Assembly (NCBI GenBank): GCA_031548835.1
Contig: JAVBQS010000019.1
Coordinates: 2,445-66,444, forward strand
Direction of reading: 5' to 3'
Source: Spirochaetia bacterium
GTDB taxonomy: Bacteria > Spirochaetota > Spirochaetia > CADAEX01
Length of the DNA: 64,000 nucleotides
Below the pieces are notes generated by a model that saw only the letters and a list, made by a program, of their open reading frames with translations, ran no database searches and was not told the DNA's origin. Shown piece by piece: positions 18,723 to 28,291 of this stretch; position 1 is the first letter of the stretch; the number at the start of each line of letters is the position of its first letter. Made by a program: the position numbers and the translations under genes.

Positions 18723-19958
18723 TTATATAAAATCTTTTGCATCAACATCATCCCTGTTATCTCTGCTTTTGTATGAAATCATAAGCGAACAGATTCCTGC
18801 AGCAATAACATCTATAAGAACAGCAAAGCTTAAAAGCAGGGGCAATATCGGCCTAAACATTAAGTAGCCGTCTTCTATTCCGTTTCCATACATTGAACAA
18901 ACAGTTGTAAGCAGCACAAGAACGCCATTTCCAGGCGCTGAACAAAAAACAAAAGAAATTATAAAAATAAGAAATGATATATATACTATTTGGGAAAAAC
19001 CAGCTTCAATGCTTGAATAAGATCTTAACATTACGATAAAACAGATTGCAGATACAATGGCTGTTCCAGGCCTTCCAAACATTGAAAACATTGAAATTGA
19101 AATAGTGCCTGTAGGCCTTGATATTCCAAGGTTTTCATGGCTGTGGCGGATAAGCACATTATTTGCAAGATAATTATCGCCGGAGAGAAATCCTGCAATG
19201 CCTGCTCCCAGGATGCCATACAAATATTTATATGGTTTTTCCTTAAATCCAATCAGATATAAAACTGCAGGAAATATAAGAAAAATTACAAAAACAGTTG
19301 TAATAAAAAGAATTAGAAAAAGCTGTTTATAAAGAGCTATCTGGCTTACCGAAGATATTGTAAAAAAAAGGTATGCAGAAAAGAATCCCATTCCGGGAGC
19401 TATTACTTCCATTATAAGACTGTTGATATTATATATAATACGGTTGAATGAATCAAAAAGTGTTACAACAGGCTTTGTTATTGTTTTATCAAAACCAAGA
19501 TTAACTCCAAGCAATAAAGCAAGAAATGCAGTAGGAATTAAAAAGTTGCCATTATCTGCAAAGATGCTAAAAAGGTTTTTAGGAAATATTGCAAAAATTT
19601 GAGAAGAAAGAGGAGGGAAAACTTCAACTGATTTTTTTTCAAGAAGCACAGGTATTCTTTCAGGTGAAAATACCAAGGTTATAAGTACTCCCAGTATTGT
19701 TGAAAAAAATACTGCAGCAACCATAATTATTATAGCATTTTTATGTATTTGAAAAAATTTTTTGTTAAGAAGAAGTTCATGCACTCCAATTGTCAAAGAA
19801 AAGAATACCAGCGGATAGAAACTATATCGTCCGATATTTATAAAAATATCAACGAAAGGTTTTACTACCTGCAAAGCAGCTGCAGAATTATTTGAAAAAA
19901 TAATTCCAGCTATAAGACCAAGTATTAGGCCTGCAAGATATTTAACCCATATTTTCAT
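18723..19958 (-). CDS. Polytopic membrane transporter, possibly DAACS-like (sodium:dicarboxylate symporter fold), assignment uncertain
   Basis: 411 aa. The N-terminus 'MKIWVKYLAGLILGLIAGIIF' resembles SDF-family starts. The remaining motifs are degenerate. Confidence 0.4.
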   Translation of the reverse strand: MKIWVKYLAGLILGLIAGIIFSNNSAAALQVVKPFVDIFINIGRYSFYPLVFFSLTIGVHELLLNKKFFQIHKNAIIIMVAAVFFSTILGVLITLVFSPERIPVLLEKKSVEVFPPLSSQIFAIFPKNLFSIFADNGNFLIPTAFLALLLGVNLGFDKTITKPVVTLFDSFNRIIYNINSLIMEVIAPGMGFFSAYLFFTISSVSQIALYKQLFLILFITTVFVIFLIFPAVLYLIGFKEKPYKYLYGILGAGIAGFLSGDNYLANNVLIRHSHENLGISRPTGTISISMFSMFGRPGTAIVSAICFIVMLRSYSSIEAGFSQIVYISFLIFIISFVFCSAPGNGVLVLLTTVCSMYGNGIEDGYLMFRPILPLLLSFAVLIDVIAAGICSLMISYKSRDNRDDVDAKDFI

Positions 19959-20030
19959 AAAAAAACAATATAGAATTAGAGGCTATAAGTCAATTGCTGT
20001 ATTTGTTGTTATTATGTTGTTATCAATATG

Positions 20031-20660
20031 TTAAAAAAGAGTATACCGGAACTGTTTAAACCATTTTCCCCTGTTTTTTATTCCTTTATCCTGTACAGTT
20101 GAGAAAACATAGTCTGCAAATACATCTGGATTTTCTTTTCCAATTTCAAATGCATTTATATTTATTTTTGACAATTCTGCATCTTCAAGAATATTTGTTA
20201 TAAAAGATTTAAAAAAATCTTTATAAGGATTACTTGTATCTGAACTTCCCAAAACCAGAAAAAGGTTGGGTGATTTATTATTTCTGGAAAGTTCATTGAT
20301 AAGTTCGCTGGTAATAGAAATTTGGCTTTTTATATAAAGATCAATTGTTTTTTGTATATCTGTCTGACTCTGTTTATAAAATGGTGCAGTTTCTTCAGGT
20401 ATGGAATATAAAATAATATAATACTTTATATCAGGGTATTGTCTTAGATTAAGAATAATATTTTTGGAAGAAAAAGGAGAATAGCTGTTCCAGTTAAGCT
20501 CTGTAAGCATGTTTTCCCTGCCTGAAGCAGGTGTTTCAGATATTTCATCTTCCAGCTCAGTTACTGTTTTTATTACTCTATAACTGTTAGCTAAAAACTT
20601 ATCTGCAATCTTTCTCCCATAACGCGATCCCTGACTAACAATAAAAACAGAATTTTCCAT
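20031..20660 (-). CDS. Hypothetical protein
   Basis: 209 aa. The weak Rossmann-like N-terminus 'VFIVSQGSRYGRKIA' is not convincing. Confidence 0.45.
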   Translation of the reverse strand: MENSVFIVSQGSRYGRKIADKFLANSYRVIKTVTELEDEISETPASGRENMLTELNWNSYSPFSSKNIILNLRQYPDIKYYIILYSIPEETAPFYKQSQTDIQKTIDLYIKSQISITSELINELSRNNKSPNLFLVLGSSDTSNPYKDFFKSFITNILEDAELSKININAFEIGKENPDVFADYVFSTVQDKGIKNRGKWFKQFRYTLF

Positions 20661-20802
20661 TAAGAAAAGATTTTATCAATATTTTATGGTTTGTCAACAA
20701 ACACATCTGCCTGTAAAATTTTATTACCTGGAAAGTGTTTTATATATAGTGTTGCTGTTTTTTATTTAATCATATAAATTTAAAATAATAACAGGAAAAA
20801 TA

Positions 20803-22446
20803 ATGAAAATTGCAATAGCTCAGATTAATACAATTATTGGCGATTTCTCTGGCAACAGGGAAAAAATTATTGAATATATAAAAAAAGCCCTAAAACAGGA
20901 AGCAGATATTGTTGTCTTTCCTGAACTTTCAATATGCGGCTATCCTCCTCTTGACTTACTTGACCAGCCTCTTTTTTATGAAAAAAATGAAGAATCTTTA
21001 AAATGGCTTTTAAAAAATATTCCAGAAAATATTACTGTCTTGGCCGGCCATGTATCAAAAAATATATTGCACAATGGTAAAGGTTACTGTAATAGCGTAA
21101 CTGTTATAAAAGATGGAAATATATTATTTAGCCAGGCTAAAACACTTCTTCCTTCCTATGATGTTTTTGATGAATCAAGATATTTCCAGCCTGCAGTTTG
21201 GCGGAATATTTTTGAACTTAATGGTATAAAAATAGGAATAGCAATTTGCGAAGATTTATGGTGGAACTCAAGTGTCGGCCAGCAGGAGCGTTATGATATT
21301 GACCCAGTGGAAGAACTTATTAATAAAGGTGTGGAGCTTATAATTGCTCCATCTGCATCTCCATTTTTTGCAGGAAAAAGAAAAATAAGATTTGATTTAA
21401 TAAGTAATATTAGCAAGAGAGGGGCTGTTTCTGTTATATATGTTAATTCAATAGGAGGCAATGATAGCCTTATATTTGACGGCAACTCAATGGTAACTGA
21501 TGGCAAAGGCAGCCTTGTGCTTCTGGGCAAGGAATTTGAAGAAGATCTCTTTTTTTATGATACTGAAAAAAAATATAACAGTATGGATTTTAAAGAAGAT
21601 TATTATAATGATATAGAAAAAGCACTAATTCTTGGACTTAAAGATTATCTCGCAAAATGCAGTTTTAAAAAAGTTCATTTAGGATTATCCGGCGGTATTG
21701 ATTCTGCTATTGTTGCCTATCTTGCTGTAAAAGCTTTGGGAAAGGAAAATGTAAAAGTTTTTGCAATGCCTTCGGAATTTTCATCTGAAGGAAGTATTAC
21801 AGATGCACAAAAACTTTCAGATAACCTTGGCCTTAAAATGGAAGTAATTCCAATAAAAAATATTTATAGCCAGTTTTTGTTCCAGCTTGATCCTTTTTTT
21901 AAAGATACGTCTTTTGGCCTTGCAGAAGAGAATCTTCAGGCAAGAGTAAGGGGCACTCTTATGATGGCATATTCCAATAAATTTAATTCACTTCTTCTTA
22001 CAACCGGAAATAAAAGCGAACTTTCAGTCGGCTATTGCACATTATATGGAGACATGGCAGGCGGGCTTGATATATTGGGAGACCTTTTTAAGACAGATGT
22101 TTTTGAATTATGTAGGTATATAAATAGAAGAGAAGGGGAAGTTATTCCGGAATCTATAATTTCAAAACCTCCCTCAGCAGAACTAAGGCCTGATCAAAAA
22201 GATGAAGATTCTCTTCCTCCTTATAATATTCTTGATAATATATTAAAATTATATATTCTGGATAATCTTTCAAAAAAAGATATTATTGAAAAAGGATATG
22301 ATGAAAAAACTGTAAGTTTTGTTATTTCGCTTGTTGCCAAAGCAGAATATAAAAGAGTACAGGCTCCTCTTGTTTTAAAGATTTCTCCAAGAGCTTTTGG
22401 AATAGGAAGAAGAGTCCCGCTTGCCAGAAAAATTTACGAGAATTAG
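20803..22446 (+). CDS. nadE: Glutamine-dependent NAD+ synthetase (CN-hydrolase domain plus NAD synthetase domain)
   Basis: N-terminal nitrilase-like domain ('KIAIAQINTIIGDF'). C-terminal PP-loop 'GLSGGIDSAIVAYLA'. 547 aa. Confidence 0.9.
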   Translation: MKIAIAQINTIIGDFSGNREKIIEYIKKALKQEADIVVFPELSICGYPPLDLLDQPLFYEKNEESLKWLLKNIPENITVLAGHVSKNILHNGKGYCNSVTVIKDGNILFSQAKTLLPSYDVFDESRYFQPAVWRNIFELNGIKIGIAICEDLWWNSSVGQQERYDIDPVEELINKGVELIIAPSASPFFAGKRKIRFDLISNISKRGAVSVIYVNSIGGNDSLIFDGNSMVTDGKGSLVLLGKEFEEDLFFYDTEKKYNSMDFKEDYYNDIEKALILGLKDYLAKCSFKKVHLGLSGGIDSAIVAYLAVKALGKENVKVFAMPSEFSSEGSITDAQKLSDNLGLKMEVIPIKNIYSQFLFQLDPFFKDTSFGLAEENLQARVRGTLMMAYSNKFNSLLLTTGNKSELSVGYCTLYGDMAGGLDILGDLFKTDVFELCRYINRREGEVIPESIISKPPSAELRPDQKDEDSLPPYNILDNILKLYILDNLSKKDIIEKGYDEKTVSFVISLVAKAEYKRVQAPLVLKISPRAFGIGRRVPLARKIYEN

Positions 22447-22454
22447 ATTCAGCT

Positions 22455-22493
22455 TATTGCTGCATCATCCCGGCTTTGCCTGCTGCGGCCGGG
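22455..22493. terminator. Candidate bidirectional terminator hairpin between convergent nadE and the MCP gene
   Basis: 9-bp stem catcccggc/gccgggatg with a 12-nt loop. No clear U-tract. Confidence 0.3.
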
Positions 22494-22524
22494 ATGGCAA
22501 TAGAGAAGAAAAACACAGCATAAG

Positions 22525-24324
22525 CTAGGCAAGTTTAAATTTATTTACCTCATTATCAAGGTGTTTTGCAATATTGTTGTTGCTATCGATAAGCACTGAA
22601 AGATTTGACATAGATAATTTAATCTCATTTATACATTTATCAATTTCCAGGACAGCTGAATTAGTATCCATATATGTTGAATTAAGATCTTTTATAATAT
22701 TATCTATCTGGACAGTTCTTTTATTAATGTCATAAGCATCTGCTTTAATTGCCTTTGTAATATTGGCTAAATTCAAAGCTGCTCCATTAAGCTCTCCTGT
22801 TCCTGAAGACATTTCATTCATATTATTATTAATTGTTGTAAATCCATTTATAAATTCTTCCAGTTTTGTATTTATTGTTGAAAACCCGGTCTGGCTTTCT
22901 GCAGAAATATTTGATGCAAGAGAAATTTTTTCATTTATAATTCCAAGAATATTTTTTATTTTATTTGAATTTTCACTTGTAGATTCTGCAAGATTTCTTA
23001 TCTCATTTGCCACAACTGCAAAACCTTTCCCAGCCTCGCCTGCATGAGCAGCTTCAATTGCTGCATTTATTGCAAGCAGATTTGTCTGCCTTGTTATATT
23101 GTTTATTATCTGTAGTATTTCATACATTTTTGATGCTTCTCCTTTTATATCATCAACAATACTTTTTGTTTTTTCTATTTTTCCGCCGCCTATAATAGTA
23201 ATTTGTGTAAGCTCTTTTGATTCTGTTAAATTTTCATTTGAGATAGAATTTACATTGGTAATTGTAGAATAAAGCTGCTGGACAGCAGAAGATGTCTGTG
23301 TAACTATGGAAGACTGGCCATCTATTTTTTCTGTAAGTGTATTTATATTTCCGGAAATATTCTCAACTGATTCAGAAGTTATGCTGACTGCTCTTGAAAG
23401 ATTTTCAAAAAGATTTTTTATTGCTTCTATTCTTGTAATTATGTTTGATATATTTCCATAAGTTTCATTTGCAGAATCTATAACTTTTCCGCTTATATCT
23501 ACAGTATTATTTGAGGCATCTTTAACCTCATGTATCAGGCTTTTCAAGCTATTAAGCGCAATAGAAAAATTTTTGTAAAATTTGCCAATCTCATCATTTT
23601 TTTTATAAACAGGAAAGGTCGAAAGATCTCCTTCTGCAATTTTTGAAGTAGTATCTATAATAATGCTTATCGGTTTTGATATAGATCTTGCCACTACTCC
23701 AGATATAATAATAGCTATAATAATACTCACAATTATTGATATCAACGTGATATTTTTTGAAACATCCAGGAGTCTCGATGTTTCGGCGCTTGTTGTTTCC
23801 AGATCTTCTCTTAGTTTTAAAACAATAATTTCAATTTCATCCTGGAGTTTTTGTGAAAGAGGCTCAAAATTCATTTTCCTCATTGAATCGCCATGATTAT
23901 TGCCTCTTTCAATATATGTGTCAGCCATTCTTAAACCTTCATCAAAAAAGACATTATAGACACCTTTTGATATTTTAAAATAGTCAGATATATCTGTGAA
24001 CTGGGTCTGCTCAAGAGATTTTTCTATAGCATCTGTCTTTGAGATAAGATTGTTATAAAGTTTTTTGGCGCTGTTTATAAGCAAATCTTTCTCTTTTGTA
24101 AGAGAAGCAGTGTAAAAAAGTGTTTCAATATCTTTAATATTATTACTAATATCAAAAAGCTGGACAGTAATAGGCATAAGCTCCTGTGTTACATATTGCA
24201 TTGAATTTCTATTTCTGCTGCTGCTGTAAAACATAAATCCAATAGCAATACAAAATATAATTACAAGAGAAATGCAGCTAATAAAGATTTTAGCTTTGAT
24301 GGAATTTAAGTTCAGGAAATTCAT
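22525..24324 (-). CDS. Methyl-accepting chemotaxis protein (TM sensor, HAMP, MCP signalling domain)
   Basis: 599 aa with an N-terminal TM helix, a second TM helix followed by HAMP, and a highly conserved signalling region ('[29 protein letters not shown]'). Confidence 0.9.
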   Translation of the reverse strand: MNFLNLNSIKAKIFISCISLVIIFCIAIGFMFYSSSRNRNSMQYVTQELMPITVQLFDISNNIKDIETLFYTASLTKEKDLLINSAKKLYNNLISKTDAIEKSLEQTQFTDISDYFKISKGVYNVFFDEGLRMADTYIERGNNHGDSMRKMNFEPLSQKLQDEIEIIVLKLREDLETTSAETSRLLDVSKNITLISIIVSIIIAIIISGVVARSISKPISIIIDTTSKIAEGDLSTFPVYKKNDEIGKFYKNFSIALNSLKSLIHEVKDASNNTVDISGKVIDSANETYGNISNIITRIEAIKNLFENLSRAVSITSESVENISGNINTLTEKIDGQSSIVTQTSSAVQQLYSTITNVNSISNENLTESKELTQITIIGGGKIEKTKSIVDDIKGEASKMYEILQIINNITRQTNLLAINAAIEAAHAGEAGKGFAVVANEIRNLAESTSENSNKIKNILGIINEKISLASNISAESQTGFSTINTKLEEFINGFTTINNNMNEMSSGTGELNGAALNLANITKAIKADAYDINKRTVQIDNIIKDLNSTYMDTNSAVLEIDKCINEIKLSMSNLSVLIDSNNNIAKHLDNEVNKFKLA

Positions 24325-24394
24325 TAGTTGTTACCTCTTTTTTAAATGATAGCAACTAATATAGCATATTTTTCTGCTTCCGGATAATCTTTTT

Positions 24395-25735
24395 TTATCT
24401 TTCTGCCAACGGAATATATTTTTTCCTTGGCGCAACATTTTTATATGCCGGGCGTATGATTCTTCCGCCATTTACAAGCTCTTCTATTCTATGGGCAGAC
24501 CAGCCTGCTATTCTTGCTATTGCAAATATTGGAGTATAAAGCGCTGTAGGAATATTTAGCATTTTATAGACAAAGCCTGAGTAAAAATCAACATTTGCAG
24601 AGCCTCTTTTGTCTGAATGTTTTTCCTGAGATATAATTTGCGGCGCAATTTTTTCAACTTTGGTAAAAAGGTTAAATTCTGCCTCAAGCCCTTTTTCTGC
24701 AGCAAGATCTGAAGCTTTTTCTTTCAATAATATTGCCCTGGGATCTGAAAGTGTATAGATTGCATGGCCGTATCCATATATAAGGCCTGCTTTGTCAAAA
24801 ACTTCTTTATTAAGAATTCTGCGGAGGTAATTTCCTATCTCATCTTCATCATCCCAATCTTTTATATTTTCCATCATATTTTCCATCATATTGAGAGCTT
24901 TCTTGTTTGCTCCTCCATGCCTGGGGCCTTTCATGGAGCACAATGCTGCTGCAATTGCAGCATAGGTGTCTGTATGGCTTGATGTTACCACATGATTTGT
25001 AAAAGTAGAGTTATTTCCTCCGCCATGTTCTGCGTGAAGAACAAGCGCAAGGTCAAGAACCTGTGCTTCCAGTTTTGTATATTTACTGTCGCTGCGTATA
25101 AGGTGTAAAAGATTTTCTGCTGTGCCTATTCCAGATTGCGGTTTATGGATATAAAGGCTGTTGCCTTCATGATAATGGGATTTTGCCTGGTAGCCGTAGG
25201 CTGCCATTGTCGGGAATCTTGCTATAAGCTCTATACATTGTCTTAATACATTTTCAATACTTATATCATCTGCATTTTTATCATAAGAATATGAAACAAG
25301 CACGCTTCTTGCAAGCTTGTTCATTATATCGCGGCTTGGAGCCCTCATTATCATATCTTCTGCAAAACCGTCAGGCAGCTCCCTGTAGGAATCAAGAAGG
25401 CTGTTAAACTCATCAAGTTCGTTTTTTGAAGGCAGCTCGCCAAAAAGAAGAAAATAGGTAGTTTCTTCAAAGCCGTGCCTGTCTTCAGCTATCATTCCTT
25501 TTACAAGTTCAGTTATATTTACGCCTCTGTAAAGAAGCCTTCCCTCATCAGGCTGCATTTCTCCTTCATCAAAGACATAGCCGTGGACATCTCCTATTTC
25601 TGTAAGCCCTACAAGCACTCCTGACTCATCGCTGTTTCTAAGCCCTCTTTTTACATTATATCTGGTATATAAACTGGGATCTATTTTATTACTCAAAATC
25701 TTGTCTTTCATTTTTTCAATAAAATTTGCAGCCAT
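24395..25735 (-). CDS. gltA: Citrate synthase
   Basis: All the catalytic motifs are present: 'GPRHGGAN', 'GYGHAIYTLSDPRA', 'NVDFYSG', 'ARIAGWSAHRIEE'. 446 aa. Confidence 0.9.
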   Translation of the reverse strand: MAANFIEKMKDKILSNKIDPSLYTRYNVKRGLRNSDESGVLVGLTEIGDVHGYVFDEGEMQPDEGRLLYRGVNITELVKGMIAEDRHGFEETTYFLLFGELPSKNELDEFNSLLDSYRELPDGFAEDMIMRAPSRDIMNKLARSVLVSYSYDKNADDISIENVLRQCIELIARFPTMAAYGYQAKSHYHEGNSLYIHKPQSGIGTAENLLHLIRSDSKYTKLEAQVLDLALVLHAEHGGGNNSTFTNHVVTSSHTDTYAAIAAALCSMKGPRHGGANKKALNMMENMMENIKDWDDEDEIGNYLRRILNKEVFDKAGLIYGYGHAIYTLSDPRAILLKEKASDLAAEKGLEAEFNLFTKVEKIAPQIISQEKHSDKRGSANVDFYSGFVYKMLNIPTALYTPIFAIARIAGWSAHRIEELVNGGRIIRPAYKNVAPRKKYIPLAER

Positions 25736-25743
25736 TTTTTCCC

Positions 25744-25758
25744 CCTGATGATGTCAGG
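25744..25758. promoter_or_regulatory. Palindrome CCTGA-TGATG-TCAGG immediately upstream of the gltA start codon
   Basis: A perfect 5-bp inverted repeat with a 5-nt spacer, 9 nt upstream of the gltA ATG (minus strand). A near-identical element occurs at 28233-28255. Confidence 0.5.
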
Positions 25759-26025
25759 CAGTAATGATATAGATAATAGCATTCCTGCTTACATTTTAAT
25801 TTATTTTAATATAAAATAAAAACAATGGAAATAGCGTAATTTATTACTGTTAAATTTGAAATTTAAGTTAAATAATTGTCCAGTCAGGAAAGTTTTAGCC
25901 GTAATGTTTAGCTTATAAATAATCATAAAATAATATTTTTATTTTTTAATAACTTTATATATAAAATAAAAATAATTATATAAAATTATACAATTTAATA
26001 ACTTTAAGTTATTAAAGAAATGAAA

Positions 26026-26065
26026 ATAAATGAGTTGTCTTTATAGATAAATGAGTTGACTTTAT
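26026..26065. promoter_or_regulatory. Two 19-bp direct repeats (ATAAATGAGTTG[T/A]CTTTAT) with 21-bp periodicity in the gltA / CS-like divergent intergenic region
   Basis: 18 of 19 positions are identical. The repeats lie about 120 bp upstream of the 26187 gene. Their two-helical-turn spacing is typical of transcription-factor tandem sites. Confidence 0.45.
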
Positions 26066-26186
26066 GCAAGGAATAATTTAGGGTTGTATAAAAAATATTG
26101 ATTTTTACCTGTTGTTATCTGCATTTGTAGAGTCCTTTCAGGTAGAAACATTATATTAAATGTAACTTAATATAGGAGGAGAGAGA

Positions 26187-27083
26187 ATGGATCGGAAACC
26201 ATTGATCCAAAGGAAAACTGCAATCTGTTACAAAACAGAAGAAAAAACAGTTTTACGCGGTTTTAATGTAAGTGATCTTGCTGAAGCAGGCTACACTTTC
26301 ATAGATGCTCTGTATGTTCTTTTTCAGGGAAGAATTCCTGCTGAAAATGAGAAAAAAATGCTTGATTATGAGGTAGCAGAGTTTCTTGAACACTCAATGT
26401 CACCTTCAGCTGTATCTGCTATAGCTGTTATTAACGGACATCCAATGCTTCCAGCTGCTGTTGCATCATCAATCATGACTTTTGGTGGAGCTCACGGCCC
26501 AGGTGCAGCACACGGATATATGATGAAAAAATACCTTGACAGAGCTGCTGACACAGGAAAAAGCATCAAAGAAGTTGCTATTGAATGTGTAAACGAGTAT
26601 ATGGATGCAGGTCTTGCTGTAATGGGTATGGGACAGCCGCAGCACCTTGACGGTGACCCAAGAGCAGAACCCACACACCTCAAACAGGAAGAACTTGGAG
26701 TTACAGGTGTATATCTCCAGTTCCAGAGAGCTCTTGAAGATAAATTCTATGCAAGAAGAAAAGAAGAAGGCAGAGCTTATGTTGCTGTAAACATGGTTGG
26801 CGCTGGTAATACTGCTCTTTCTGACATGGGATTTGCTCCAAATGCAGGATGGGTTATCGGTTGTGTAACAAGAGGTTACAGCTGTGCTTGTCACGCTCTC
26901 TATACACTTAAAAAAGGAAGAGCATGGGCAGCATCAAGAAGCGAGCCAATGGTTCAGATGCTTGACCTTGCAATGATTAAATATGTAGGGCCGGAAGACA
27001 GGGAAGTTCCTCCTATGTCAGAAAGACAGGCATATGCAAAAAAACAGTTAGAATCAGGAGAATATAAGAAATGGGCGCTGTAA
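26187..27083 (+). CDS. Citrate-synthase-family protein, subunit 1 of a putative heteromeric enzyme (retains the His264-equivalent and the DPRA motif)
   Basis: 'GGAHGPGAAHG' aligns with 'GPRHGGAN', followed about 35 aa later by 'GMGQPQHLDGDPRAE' (the GxGHxxY His is replaced by Gln). The C-terminal 'GWVIGCVTRGYSCACHALY' matches the 'ARxxGWxAH' motif. The N-terminus matches the CS region 'LRGFNVSDLAEAGYTFIDALYVLFQGRIP'. Strong SD 'aggagg'. Confidence 0.7.
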   Translation: MDRKPLIQRKTAICYKTEEKTVLRGFNVSDLAEAGYTFIDALYVLFQGRIPAENEKKMLDYEVAEFLEHSMSPSAVSAIAVINGHPMLPAAVASSIMTFGGAHGPGAAHGYMMKKYLDRAADTGKSIKEVAIECVNEYMDAGLAVMGMGQPQHLDGDPRAEPTHLKQEELGVTGVYLQFQRALEDKFYARRKEEGRAYVAVNMVGAGNTALSDMGFAPNAGWVIGCVTRGYSCACHALYTLKKGRAWAASRSEPMVQMLDLAMIKYVGPEDREVPPMSERQAYAKKQLESGEYKKWAL

Positions 27084-28144
27084 AATATTCAGATGACAGA
27101 ATTGCACAAATGAAATTTGCAAAAAGGCCAACTCTCGGTAACCTTGCAGATCCAAGATTAAAATATGACTATACAAACAGAGAGATTGGAACACTTCCTC
27201 CAGATAACAGGGAAAGTTTTAAATGGGTTTCTGAAGTAGCATACAAAAATATCCACAGAATCGTAGCTAGAGGTTATGATACAACAGAAATTGTAGAAGC
27301 TGGTTACGGAGTATGCGAAGTACTCTTTATAGACTATCAGTCAAGAATTCCTCTTGTTGAAGAGAAAGAAGTTCTTGATTACTGCATGGTTTTAGGACTT
27401 GAAGACGGCCTTTCAAACCCAGCTCTTCTTGCAAGACTTATTGCAAGAGGTAAATCTTACGTAACACAGGCTTGCGGCGGTTCAGTGCTTGCTTTCGGAC
27501 ATGCATATGCTTCTTACGATGCAACAGGAAAAATGATTGTTAAATATGCTTCAAAAGTAGAAGAAGGAATGAGCCTTACAGATGCTGCAAAGCTTTGTAT
27601 AAAAGAATGCCAGAAAGAAGACCATTTTGGTATTTCTACTCTTTATGCTAAAGATGCTGCGCCAAAAAAACTTCTTGACTTTGCAGAGAAAAAACTCTCA
27701 GGCGTAAAGAAACTCAGATATGTAAACTTCATGAAAGAACTCGACAAACAGGCTAAAGCAGCGCTTGGTGCTAATTATGGCGTAGACATGATTGGCGCTC
27801 TTTCAGCAGCAATGCTTGAACTCGAATTCTCAAGTGATGGAGCATGGTGTTTAATGGCTGTTACAAGATCATTTGCAGCAGGCGCTCATGCAATTGAAGA
27901 AATGGAAAGAGAGACACTTGATGTTCTTGGCCAGACACTTACTCCAAAAGATTGGTACGACGGTCCGGCAGACAAACCAGTTCCTTCACAGAAAGAAAGA
28001 TCAGGCTTCAAAGGCGGCCAGGCTCAGACAGCTGCTGAATGGAGAGCTCTCTGGAAAAAGAATGAAGCACTCAAAGGTTCTGGATATTCAATCCCATTTG
28101 TTGTTGAAGATCCAAGAAAAGCTAGTGTAACAAAAAAGAAATAA
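27071..28144 (+). CDS. Citrate-synthase-family protein, subunit 2 (paralog; retains the His305- and Asp362-equivalents)
   Basis: 'AFGHAYASYDATG' aligns with 'GYGHAIYTLSDPRA', 'GANYGVDMIG' with 'ANVDFYSG', and 'AVTRSFAAGAHAIEEME' with 'ARIAGWSAHRIEE'. The N-terminus is paralogous to ORF 26187 ('RGYDTTEIVEAGYGVCEVLFIDYQSRIP'). It overlaps the upstream gene by 13 nt. Confidence 0.7.
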   Translation: MGAVKYSDDRIAQMKFAKRPTLGNLADPRLKYDYTNREIGTLPPDNRESFKWVSEVAYKNIHRIVARGYDTTEIVEAGYGVCEVLFIDYQSRIPLVEEKEVLDYCMVLGLEDGLSNPALLARLIARGKSYVTQACGGSVLAFGHAYASYDATGKMIVKYASKVEEGMSLTDAAKLCIKECQKEDHFGISTLYAKDAAPKKLLDFAEKKLSGVKKLRYVNFMKELDKQAKAALGANYGVDMIGALSAAMLELEFSSDGAWCLMAVTRSFAAGAHAIEEMERETLDVLGQTLTPKDWYDGPADKPVPSQKERSGFKGGQAQTAAEWRALWKKNEALKGSGYSIPFVVEDPRKASVTKKK

Positions 28145-28159
28145 TTTCTTTTTACAATA

Positions 28160-28191
28160 TCTGCAGAGTGTTATCATAGACATTCTGCAGA
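28160..28191. promoter_or_regulatory. Two TCTGCAGA palindromes spaced 24 bp centre-to-centre
   Basis: Seen in the 147-bp gap between the second CS-like gene and the aldehyde dehydrogenase gene. Confidence 0.3.
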
Positions 28192-28232
28192 ATAGTTTTA
28201 ATAAAATAAAATTTTTTTTTTACAGAAAAAAT

Positions 28233-28255
28233 ACCCTGATGATGAGTCAGGGTAT
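28233..28255. promoter_or_regulatory. Palindrome TACCCTGA-tgatgag-TCAGGGTA (8-bp stem), second copy of the gltA-upstream element
   Basis: It shares 'CCCTGATGATG..TCAGG' with the site at 25744-25758 and lies 37 nt upstream of the ALDH start. Confidence 0.5.
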
Positions 28256-28291
28256 AACTATGTATAACTAATTTATTAGGAGAAGGTAGAG

